64,000 nt of DNA from contig JBHGNT010000005.1 of NCBI GenBank assembly GCA_043228905.1, forward strand, positions 8,804,001-8,868,000, read 5' to 3'. Below the pieces are notes generated by a model. The model worked only from the letters and a program-made list of their open reading frames with translations. It did no database searches and had not been told where the DNA came from. The DNA comes from Azolla caroliniana (lineage: Eukaryota > Plantae > Polypodiophyta). Positions 1 to 11,300 of the stretch are shown here, in pieces; position 1 is the first letter of the stretch; the number at the start of each line of letters is the position of its first letter. A program made the translations under genes and the position numbers.

Positions 1-538
1 ACTAGGAATTGGAACACTTGACGTCAATGAAGGCTAGGCAAATTAGTGTTGATGAAAACACTAAGAGGTGCTAAAATTGATGATGTCAAAGATAAAGCAA
101 TGAAGATAATGATGTTCTGAACGCGTCTTAGGAAGTAATGACTATGAGTATGGCAATGATGGAAACTAAGAAATAGATGAAGAGGATAAGAAACATAGAT
201 ATCGAGATGTTGAGGATAAAAAGAAACACGAAGACAGGGATATAGAGGATGATAGAAAACATAGTGATAGGGATGATGATGATAAGAAACACATAAAAAT
301 GAAAATGGTAGGAAACAAAGGGGGAAGGATGACAATGACAAAAGTGCAAAGATAAGGATGATGATGATAAGAAACATGGATAAAGATATGTGGAGGATGA
401 GAAGAAACTAAAAAATAAAGACAATGATGAGGAGAAACTAAAACCCAATGAAAATGATGAGAAGAAACTAGGAGATAGAAATGGCAAGGAAGATAAGAAA
501 TGAAGCGATGTTGATGATGGTATGGTGACGATGGTACC
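1..538 (-). repeat. Low-complexity interspersed repeat; inverted paralogue of 1027-1305 + 13685-14044 (empty-site copy for the DNA transposon)
   Basis: The reverse complement reads ...ccacatatctttatccatgtttcttatcatcatcatccttatctttgcacttttgtcattgtc..., matching both flanks of the 1306-13684 insertion. The Ser/Phe-rich ORFs here are compositional artefacts. Confidence 0.8.
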
Positions 539-966
539 TATCACAGACATGACAACAGTCATGCCAAGATTTGAACTCTTGACGATTTGTATGGTTATGT
601 TATGTATATGTCCATAGATTATTAGTAGATAATCTATTTCAAGTTCTAGTAGTTTGTAGGTTCTAGAACTAGAAGGTTCTAGAAGAATCTAGAATATTCT
701 ATTACATGTACTTCGACTCATAGTATAAATACTTGTAACCTCCGTGGTCCCTTTCAAGGGATTCAACACCAGTCATTGACACATCAATCTAGTATTCGCG
801 TTTCGCCTCATCTTTGTCTCGTTGATCTTTATTTTGTCTTCATGCCCTCATGTCACTCACAACATCTAGAGTTCCTAGCCTCGTCACATCTAGCTCCAAG
901 TTCATCCGTCGCTCATAGCCCTATCGTCTGTGCTCCATCCTAGTCCGCTCTTGGTGTGTCTGTGAC
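539..966 (+). mobile_element. LTR (TATCA...TGACA), same family as the solo LTR at 60989-61533
   Basis: Terminal inverted tatcacagaca / tgtctgtgaca. TATA-like tataaata at ~725. 735-850 aligns with the reverse complement of ~61145-61256. No TSD found. Confidence 0.65.
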
Positions 967-1305
967 AGTTTGAATCCCTTCCAACTAGAAGCATCACCCG
1001 TCTCTATCATCGCCCTTGCTTCTAGAGTTACCATCGTCACCGTACCATCATCAACATCGCTTCATTTCTTATCTTCCTCGCCATTTCTATCTCCTAGTTT
1101 CTTCTCATCATTTTCATTGGCTTTTAGTTTCTCCTCATCATTGTCTCTATTTTTTAGTTTCTTCTCATCCTCCACATATCTTTATCCATGTTTCTTATCA
1201 TCATCATCTCTATCTTTGCACTCACCGCCTCTGTCTTTTAGTTTCTCCTCATCATCGCCTCTATTTTTTAGTTTCTTCTCATTGTCCACATATATATATA
1301 TATAT

Positions 1306-1330
1306 GGGTAAAAGCATGCGAGTGGAAACA
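1306..1330 (+). repeat. Left terminal inverted repeat
   Basis: 24/25 match to the reverse complement of 13660-13684. Followed by two TAGCTAATTAGCTA palindromes (~1337-1350, ~1363-1376). Confidence 0.92.
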
Positions 1331-1784
1331 CTATTATAGCTAATTAGCTACTAAAATGGCCATAGCTAATTAGCTATTTGTTTAGCTAGTCTTTCTTGTG
1401 GGAAAATCAAATATTTGAAAAACTAATTTATGAAAAAACTCAAATATTTGAACTTCTGTTTCAGACGTAGTGGAACTTGGGGAATATCACCATCATCTAA
1501 GGTCGACTTCAATGTCATCAATTTCCTGTTTAGCCTAAGTCTGATTTTGAACGCAGATGGAGTACTCAGAGCACGAACGCAGACGTAGCTCCCGCAACAG
1601 CAAAAAATCGACATTGCAGATTGAGAGCTACAACACAGAACCCGCTCGATCATCGTCCAGGTATGTTTCAGTTACAGAAACCCCAAACATTTGTTTTTTC
1701 TTTTTGACTACTGTCTGAACTTTGGTGCCGATTCATATTTCCCCAAAATCGAATAGGGCGAAGTCCTTGGAGTCCCATACAAGG

Positions 1785-4700
1785 ATGTCTCGCAAATCGG
1801 GGAGTAGCAACAGGTGTGTTTATATTACTTTTTTTGTGTTTAATCCTGTCTTTAGTGATTAGGGTTTGTGATTGAAATTTCTGATTAGGGTTTGTGATTG
1901 AAATTTCTGATTAGGGTTTTTGATTATAAATTTCTGATTAGAATTTTTGAATAGGGTTTCTGGTTACAAATTTTGATTACAAATTAGAATTTCTGAATAG
2001 GGTTTTTGTTTATAAATTTCTGCTTAGGATTTCTGATTAGGGTTTGTGATTGAAATTTTTTATTAGGGTTTCTGATTGAAATTTCTGATTAGGGTTTTTG
2101 ATTATAAATTTCTGATTAGAATTTCTGAATAAGGTTTCTGGTTACAAACTTCTGATTACAGATTTTGATTAGGGTTTCTAATTTCAAACTTCTGATTACA
2201 GATTTTGATTAGGTTAAGTTAAAGATTTTGCACCATTTTTGTTGTTGTTGATTGGGGTTTTTGATTCTCACATATTCTGATTTTGCACTATTTCTGATTT
2301 CTCAAATGATATTTCAGATGGCTCGTTCCTCCGTATACGAGAGTGCTAAACTTCGCAAAATTTTGCGAGAGAAAGGAGGACTTCCACAACACCTATGGTC
2401 TGTCACTCGAGGGTGTTGACCCTGCTGTCCTAAGTGATAAATTGATCAGTGATATAGACTGGATGACAGTATATACAGTGCCTAGAGTCAAAGGCAAGGT
2501 CAAGCTGAAGCATGTACGAGCCGACTTGTACGATGACTGCATGAGACTGCACCAGAAAGTTCATCAGGAGATCCCAGTCAACAATGAGTTGTCAGTTTCA
2601 TTTGCTAGAGCATTTGCATATGAGTACTGCAAAACAGCGAAGGAATCTAGAGACCCTGAAATGTATAGGGTAGCTTGGGCAGTCTATGGTGAGGCATCGG
2701 TAAAAAGATGCCGAAAGATGGGGACCTTGGCACAAAAAATAGACAGATTTTGGAGCATGGCAGCTGTTGATGCAACTGCCGACTCCCAGCAAGACCGGGG
2801 GCATACACCACACCGACACCCAAGGAAAGCCAATGTCGATGATACAGGTGAGACATTGGTTAGCTATATGCTAAAAAATGTCCATGAAGCCTGTGAGACA
2901 TTGGCATTTTTTAAGACTGATTTAGAGAAAGCCACAATGGCTTCTGCAATGGAGAGCAAAGTTACTTCTGCTGTTACAACAATTAGAAATAAGATTCAGG
3001 TAACTATTGTTTTGCTGGTATGTGATTGTGTTATAAATAACGGGTAAAATGTGTTAATCAAGCATTATCTGGAATAGGTTGCGCAACAGGAGCTTGAATT
3101 AGAGGGGCCACTGGATCCCCAGCGTAAAATAGAACTGCAAATAGAGATCCAGGTTCTTTCAATGAACCTGGACCTTCTAGGTGTAAATACTGTTGCAGAT
3201 TACAATTTGGATAAGCTTCAAGTAAGTTAACGATTCCTGAGCAAAGTTGGTGTATCTTTCAACAACAAGAATAATTAATCGGTAAATTTCTCTGTTGCGT
3301 TGAAGGAACAATACATTCATCAAGAACAGGTAGTTAGCTGCCTTAAGAAGAAGATACATTTTGTGGAGGGAATGGTAAGGACCAGACAGGATTTGGACCT
3401 GAACATTCTTGCTCCCTTACCAAATGAAGTAGAACCAGAAAATGATTTATTGACAGTTCAAGCACGTTGCATCGCTTGCGGGTTAGGTGTGGAGGACAAA
3501 ACTGCGTCTTTGTTGGTTCACCTACAACCATGCAACCACACATACCATCTGCTTTGTTTTCAACATGCCTGTCGAATTGCTGCATTCTGTTTGGGAGATT
3601 GCAGTACAACTCTACCAAATGAGTGGAGAAAACAAACAGGTATACCATACTGTAGCTAATAAGCTTAGTCTTTTCTAATTAGCTATCCTACTAGCTAATT
3701 AGCTACTGGCAGCTAATGAGCTACTAGCTAATTAGCTATCCTAGTAGCTAATTAGCTATGGTACTAGCTAATTAGCTAGTACCATAGTTGTGTAAAAAAG
3801 CTAAATAGCTATCCTACTAGCTAATTAGCCACTGGCAACTAATTAGCTATCCTAGTAACTAATTAGCTACTGCCATAGTTGTGTAAAGTAGCTAATAAGC
3901 TATCCTAGTAGCTAGTTAGCTATGGTACTAGCTAATTAGCTAGTACCATAGTTGTGTAAAAAAGCTAATTAGCTAGTACCATAGTTGTGTAAAAAAGCTA
4001 ATTAGCTATCCTACTAGCTAATTAGCTACTGGCAACTAATTAGCTATCCTACTAGCTAATTAGCTATCCTACTAGCTAATTAGCTATCCTACTAGCTAAT
4101 TAGCTACTGACATAGTTGTGTAAAGTAGCTAATAAGCTATCCTAGTAGCTAGTTAGCTATGGTACTAGCTAATTAGCTAGTACCATAGTTGTGTAAAAAA
4201 GCTAATTAGCTATCCTACTAGCTAATTAGCTACTGGCAACTAATTAGCTATCCTACTAGCTAATTAGCTATCCTACTAGCTAATTAGCTATCATAGTAGC
4301 TAATTAGCTACTGACATAGTTGTGTAAAGTAGCTAATAAGCTATCCTAGTAGCTAGTTAGATATGGTACTAGCTAATTAGCTAGTACCATAGTTGTGTAA
4401 AAAAGCTAATTAGCTATCCTACTAGCTAATTAGCTACTGGCAACTAATTAGCTATCCTACTAGCTAATTAGCTATCCTACTAGCTAATTAGCTATCATAG
4501 TAGCTAATTAGCTACTGACATAGTTGTGTAAAGTAGCTAATTAGCTATCCTAGTAGCTAGTTAGCTATGGTACTAGCTAATTAGCTAGTACCATAGTTGT
4601 GTAAAAAAGCTAATTAGCTATCCTACTAGCTAATTAGCTACTGGCAACTAATTAGCTATCCTACTAGCTAATTAGCTATCATAGTAGCTAATTAGCTACT

Positions 4701-6387
4701 GACATAGTTGTGTAAAGTAGCTAATTAGCTATCCTAGTAGCTAATTAGCTACTGGCAGCTAATTAGCTGTCCTAGTAGCTAATAAGCTATCCTAGCTACT
4801 ACATAGTTGAGAAAGTAGCTAATTAGCTTTCATTGTAGCTAATTAGCTATCCTAGCTACCACCATAGTTAATAAAGTAGCTAATTAGCTATCCTAGCTAC
4901 TACCATAGTTAGTAAAGTAGCTAATTAGCTATCCTAGCTACTACCATAGTTGAGTAAAGTAGCTAATTAGCTACCATAGTAGCTAATTAGCTATCCTAGC
5001 TACTACTATAGTTGTGTAAAGTAGCTAATAAGCTATCCTACTAGCTAATTAGCTATCCTAGTAGGTAATTAGCTATGGTACTAGCTAATTAGCTAGTACT
5101 ATAGTTGTGTAAAAAAGCTAATTAGGTATCCTACTAGCTAATTAGCCACTGGCAACTAATTAGCTATCCTAGTAACTAATTAACTACTGCCATAGTTGTG
5201 TAAAGTAGCTAATAAGCTATCCTAGTAGCTAATTAGCTACTAGCAGCTAATTAGCTATCCTACTAGCTAATTAGCTACTACCATAGTTGAGTAAAGTAGC
5301 TAATTAGCTATCCTACTAGCTAATTAGCTACTACCATAGTTGAGTAAAGTACCTAATTAGCTATCCTACTAGCTAATTAGCTACTGGCAACTAATTAGCT
5401 ATCCTAGTAGCTAATTAGCTATCCTAGTAGCTAATTAGCTGCTGGCAACTAATTAGCTATCCTACTAGCGAATTAGCTATCCTAGTAGCTACTGCCATAG
5501 TTGTGTAAAGTAGCTAATAAGCTATCCTAGTAGCTAATTAGCTACTGGCAGCTAATTAGCTATCCTAGTAGCTAATTAGCTACTGGCAGCTAATTAGCTA
5601 TCCTAGTAGCTAATTAGCTACTGGCAGCTAATTAGCTGTCCTAGTAGCTAATAAGCTATCCTAACTACTACCATAGTTGAGTAAAGTACCTAATTAGCTA
5701 TCCTAACTACTACCATAGTTGAGTAAAGTACCTAATTAGCTATCATACTAGCTAATTAGCTATCGTACTAGCTAATTAGCTATCCTAGCTTCTACCATAG
5801 TTTAGTAAAGTAGCTAATTAGATATCCTAAATAACTGTCATGTTATTGTAGAATCTTGTGGATTAAGGACGGCACATGATGTGTCTGGTGCTGATGATGC
5901 TGCAACAGATGAGGATACTACTGCCAATGTGGCTGAAAGTAAGAGTCCTGCTATCACATCTCCTTCAGATCAGCTGCACCCTATTCTTTTGGAACAGTGT
6001 ACTGAATTAGGCAACGATGTGAAATGCCATGAAATAGTGGAAACAACATGTAAAACTGAGGTTCACAACAACAGTGTTTATGAACACTTGATGCAACATT
6101 TCTTCGAGTCTCAAGACCTTGATTCCACCCCACCGAGCCCAACTACTGAAAATGTCCAAACAGATCCCTCTGTACTTGAAAAGCTAGTTCAAGAAACGGC
6201 TGATGTGCAATTAGCTGCTGAGGCGATGGGAAGGTTGTCGGAGGAGGACACACTTGCGCATTGGGTCCTAGAAGCAAGGCTAAATGGGGAACCAACCAGA
6301 AAAAGGCTGAAGAAGGGGCCACGATCGGGAACAAGACCAGTTACTCGGTCAAGGGGCCCAGACGTAGTGGAGCGAAATACTGTTTAG
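1785..6387 (+). CDS. Cargo gene A: predicted 5-exon 574-aa protein (unknown N-terminal domain, coiled coil, RING-H2-like finger, acidic tail with basic end)
   Basis: Exons 1785-1813, 2318-2999, 3078-3221, 3306-3639 and 5852-6387. All introns are GT-AG and phase-compatible (2,0,0,1), giving 1725 nt with no internal stop. RING pattern CIAC...CNHTYHLLC...CLGDC at 3468-3602. A probable 5'UTR exon ends at the cag|gtatgt donor at 1660. Confidence 0.72.
1850..2215. repeat. Degenerate tandem repeats rich in telo-box (TAGGGTTT / AAACCCTA) within intron 1 of gene A
   Basis: Repeated ttctgattagggttt(g/t)tgattgaaat units of ~26 bp. Confidence 0.8.
3653..5828. repeat. Satellite-like array of palindrome TAGCTAATTAGCTA filling intron 4 (3640-5851) of gene A
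   Basis: Dozens of copies at ~20-bp spacing, with higher-order units containing catagttgtgtaaa. Bounded by donor cag|gtatac (3640) and acceptor ttgtag (5851). Confidence 0.95.
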
Positions 6388-6557
6388 TTGGATATGATTG
6401 TTAGCTTAGGGATTTTGCTAGGGTTTTATGAAGTTTTACTATCCTATTGGACAAGTAAAACCTCAGATTGGTTGTTGCTTGATCCACATTATGTAATGGA
6501 ACTCTATGATGTTTTTCCAAGATAATTTGAAGAGTGTTGTTCTATGACTGAAACTCT

Positions 6558-7691
6558 TTGATGTTCAGGATATTGTTTTGTGAGACTAGTAGTTACTTTG
6601 TGAGTGTGAATATGTTGGTGTTTTCTGATGTTGCAGAGTCTAAAGGGTTTGATTCTATTGCTCGTAAGGCCAATGGCAGTGTGGATACTGTTGATGTTGC
6701 GGCATGTTTAAAGGGCCCCATCTTGAAAGTAGATGTAGCAACTGACACAAGTGATCTGGTCACACAAGTTGATCAAGCATGTAGCACGGATGACTTGGTG
6801 TTGCAGGTAGATGCAGCATGTAGCACGGATGACTTGGTGTTGCAGGTAGATGCAGCATGTAGCACGAATGACTTGGTGTTGCAGGTAGATGCAGCATGTG
6901 ATACCAGTGGATTGATATCGAGCAGAACAGTAGCTACATGCACTGAGGTAATCCAAGGATTGATAACTAAGTCGACAAAACAAGAGCACCAGAATGTGAA
7001 GCTAGGCCCAACACATTCGACTAGGGGTTTAAAGAGGAAAAGGACACCAGTTGTGTCAGCCGAACCTGAGCTGATTGAGATTGATCGTATCCTACCAGAA
7101 AATGGTGTAACAGCGGCTCAGTTTCAGGAATGGAAACCTAAACCACTAGAAGTCGAGCGAAGAGCCTTGATCTTGGAGCTGGATAAAGTCTTGATGAGTG
7201 TGAGATATATGCAGCCAAGGAGGGACGCAAATTAGTTTCTAGAGTGGGCTGCGGAGTACTTCGATTTGTTTATTTGGAGTGAGAAACCAAAATCAGATGT
7301 GTGGAAGTGTTTGGCAAGATTCTTCCCAAAATGGCGAAGTCGTTTTAAAGGTCAATGGGCACGAGAAAATTGTGAGCAGATGGAAGCTGCAAGATTCAAG
7401 AGGCTTTCTGATTTTTGGGCTACTTGGCCTGAATATAATGCTGACAATACATTGATTTTGGATACAGAACATTTCCGACACTACTTCAATATTCAGAGAT
7501 GCTGTCTCATTCTACCCGAGGAAATGCCTGAACAGTACCTGGTGCAAACAGTGAGCTGCCAACTAGGTGCATGGTTGTGGACTCCATACCGAGCTCAATA
7601 TGCGGATAATATATGTAGACTCGTTCCACTGACTAGCAAGAGCTTAGCTGTTTATAGGAGATTTGTAGACATTTCCAATGGTAATTTATAA
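6558..7691 (+). pseudogene. Cargo gene B: 13-aa-repeat region plus FCP1/NIF-like (HAD-fold) phosphatase domain; one in-frame TAG at 7233-7235
   Basis: ORFs 6558-7235 and 7266-7691 are in the same frame. Joined, they read ALILELDKVL...PRRDAN*FLEWAAEYFDLFIWSE...WARENC...FKRLSDFW...YNADNTLILD, the motif order of NIF/FCP1 domains. The catalytic DxDxT is degenerate (ELDKV). The true 5' end is uncertain; possible acceptor at 6636. Confidence 0.65.
6753..6905 (+). repeat. 39-bp coding tandem repeat (DLVLQVDAACSTD) x ~4
   Basis: gatgacttggtgttgcaggtagatgcagcatgtagcacg repeated in frame. Confidence 0.9.
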
Positions 7692-7834
7692 ATATGTAAA
7701 GAGATGACATTATTCAATGAAGAATTTAATTACTTGTTCCCACTGTACTTATCTACTATGTAATTTGAGGAATATGTTGCAGATTGTTGATTTCATTCTA
7801 TTGATGACTATTTAGCTATTGACAGCTAATTAGC

Positions 7835-8350
7835 TACATTTGTACAGCTAATTAGCTGCATTTGTACAGCTAATTAGCTACTGATGACTATTTCGCTATA
7901 ACTTATAACTTAAAACTTAACAAAAAAGACATGATTTTATTGAGAAAGAAGCACAGAAAGCAGACTGTATACAAGAAATTGATTCCAAACGAATTTATTG
8001 ATCTGTTTTCGCGAAATACATGTTTGTTTTACAAGAGAACATGGTAAGTGCTACTTGTAGCTACAAATTCCATGGCATACTATTGTAAATACATTTGTAC
8101 AGCTAATTAGCTGCATTTGTACAGCTAATTAGCTACTGATGACTATTTCGCTATAACTTATAACTTAAAACTTAACAAAAAAGACATGATTTTATTGAGA
8201 AAGAAGCACAGAAAGCAGACTGTATACAAGAAATTGATTCCAAACGAATTTATTGATCTGTTTTCGCGAAATACATGTTTGTTTTACAAGAGAACATGGT
8301 AAGTGCTACTTGTAGCTACAAATTCCATGGCATACTATTGTAAATACATT
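7835..8350. repeat. 255-bp direct tandem duplication of the transposase 3' end and 3'UTR
   Basis: 7835-8089 = 8090-8344. TACATT microhomology at 7835, 8090 and 8345. Confidence 0.9.
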
Positions 8351-11300
8351 CATACACATTAGCACCAACAGTGTATAAACCGGAGCAGCTATTGTATTCT
8401 GACATTGGGACGTTGATGCATCTGACCAAATGAGAGTACATATACGCTGCTGGTTTGTCTTCTAACAGCCTGTACACATATTCGTAGTCATCTAGTTTTG
8501 CATAAAAAATGCCTTCGATGTAGAATGTCCCGGCAGATACAAAATTTCCCCATGCATCTACAATATTCTGCCTTGCACACTGTTTACTAACCGTGCACTT
8601 TAATATATAGAAATCAGCACCCTCTGAATTGCCTTCTTCAGCATTTACAGCGAAGTTATCCCCAACGTTCAGGACATCACTCAAAGTATCTCCAAGTCCC
8701 TCATATGTGAAGTCAGCATTCTGCCCTGTTTCTCCATCAACTGCTTCCTTATCATTCAGAGTGTGATACTCCCAATTCTGAATGTATGCTTTGTTTAGAC
8801 AATATCTCCAATTTCCCTGCACACAATGGAAGCAAAAACAAGTCAATTCTCTAACCGCAATACAATGACCATCCAACCTGGAATAACCGCGAACAGCATG
8901 CAGAGATCGCAATTCGGGAATTCCTTGGCACTCCCAGGTCTTCTCCCTATTTACTTCATCTATCTTCACTTCCCAAAATTCACGTTTGATATCTCGAACT
9001 TGCGAGGAATAAACACCTGTGGCACTCGTCGACATATTTGTTCTTAAAAATTCAACTACATGTGATGCACAATTCATGTGCACACCATCTGTCTTTAGTT
9101 GTTCATGGGTAAGTGCCCGCTTTATAACAGCCCCTGCACCATCATGTTCACCTTTACCATGGCCAGACCCAAAAAAATTCCATCTCATCTCCAAACCTGT
9201 TATAGCAGGATACCTCCCCACAAAATAAAATGGACGTCGAGCCTTGAATTGTGACGCAGCTCCGTCAGACCAGACCCAATGTTGAGTAAGCTCCAAACGT
9301 TGAGCTAATAACCACTGCCAATGTAACTTAAAACAGTGTTGGACGAACAAGGTATCATGCTTCTTATCATCGGAAATAAAGAAATGAATTACTTTTTTAA
9401 CATCACCTGAAACTCGAAAATATGTTATGTGCACAAAAATGGTTACCTGAACTGAACACCAATGCATAGATTGAATTTCATTCTGCTGCTTGAAAGTATA
9501 ATTCTCTGCGAAATCTACTACTGAGACTACTACATCATTTGGGAAATCAGATATGCAAGTCTTAAACTGATGGGCCTGCCATGAATAAATGAAGTTGTGT
9601 TTAATGAACTTTCCTAGAGATACTACAAACAGAGACACCAAATCCCTTGGTTTAAGCATCTTCCGAACTAGATCCTTTCTTTTACACACCTTTCCTTCGA
9701 AATTGGTGTTCACTGACTCAAATAACTTCACAGAGATCAATATTTCACTACTCAATTCATTTGGACACCACCTAAATCTAGTAGGGCCACAATCTTGACA
9801 TAAACCCATGACACATTTATGAATATGGAAGATAGCGTCAAATTCTCTCGGACACAATATTGAATCTAATAAATAACTCATGGAAGAGATAACGTGCTCA
9901 GATGATTTACACTCCTCTTGCGGGCTTGATCGACAGATTTGGCACCCACATGTGCAAACTGTATTAGTTAGGGATGCGCTATGGTGACGTAGTAGATTAA
10001 CAGAGTCCTTCAGAAAACCCATCTGTACATGGTAAATGCAACAACATGTGTATCGATCCTTTAAGCGTCTCACAAAGTGTGGCTTAAGAGACTCGAATGT
10101 TCGTAGTTGAACTTTGATAGTTGGATGCATTCGTTTGAACCTAATAAATAAATCGACCTGCGTAATAAAGGGGAATTAGTTATTCTCGTAACTAGCTAAC
10201 TATCCTAGTAGCTAATTAGCTATTCTAGTAGCTAGTTAGCTATTCTAGTAGCTAGTTAGCTATTCTAGTAGCTAATTAGCTATCATGGTAGCTAATTAGT
10301 TGTCCTAGTAGCTAATTAGCTATCATGGTAGTTAATTAGCTGTCGTAGTAGCTAATTAGCTATCATGGTAGCTAATTAGCTATTCTAGTAGCTAATTAGC
10401 TATCATGGTAGCTAATTAGCTGTCGTAGTAGCTAATTAGCTATCATGGTAGCTAATTAGCTGTCCTAGTAGCTAATTGGTTGTCCTAGTAGCTAATTAGC
10501 TATCATGGTAGCTAATTAGCTGTCGTAGTAGCTAATTAGCTATCATGGTAGCTAATTAGCTATTCTAGTAGCTAATTAGCTATCATGGTAGCTAATTAGC
10601 TGTCGTAGTAGCTAATTAGCTATCATGGTGGCTAATTAGCTTGTCTACTAGCTAATTAGCTATCATGGTGGCTAATTAGCTTTCCTAGTAACTAATTAGC
10701 TATCATGGTAGCTAATTAGCTGGTCTAGTAGCTAATTAGCTATCGTGGTAGCTAATTAGCTGTCGTAGTAGCTAATTAGCTATCATGGTAGCTAATTAGC
10801 TGTCCTAGTAGCTAATTGGTTGTCCTAGTAGCTAATTAGCTATCATGGTAGCTAATTAGCTGTCGTAGTAGCTAATTAGCTATCATGGTAGCTAATTAGC
10901 TATTCTAGTAGCTAATTAGCTATCATGGTAGCTAATTAGCTGTCGTAGTAGCTAATTAGCTATCATGGTGGCTAATTAGCTTGTCTACTAGCTAATTAGC
11001 TATCATGGTGGCTAATTAGCTTTCCTAGTAACTAATTAGCTATCATGGTAGCTAATTAGTTGGTCTAGTAGCTAATTAGCTATCGTGGTAGCTAATTAGC
11101 TAGTCTAGTAGCTAATTAGCTATAATGGTGGCTGATTAGCTTTCCTAGTAACTAATTAGCTATCATGGTAGCTAATTAGCTGGTATAGTAGCTAATTAGC
11201 TATCATGGTAGCTAATTAGCTATCACGGTGGCTAATTAGCTGTCCTAGTAACTAATTAGCTATCATGGTAGCTAATTAGCTGGTCTAGTAGCTAATTAGC

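Noticed and set aside
24-1339. Ser/Phe/Ile-rich membrane-like ORFs (also 13659-14123)
   Set aside because: They arise from low-complexity CAT/TCT-rich repeat sequence that is open in several frames at once.
1850-2215. Interstitial telomere
   Set aside because: No contiguous (TTTAGGG)n; only spaced single motifs in a longer unit.
3653-5828. Centromeric or host satellite
   Set aside because: The motif is confined to the TIR-bounded element and lies within predicted introns. A genome-wide check is still needed.
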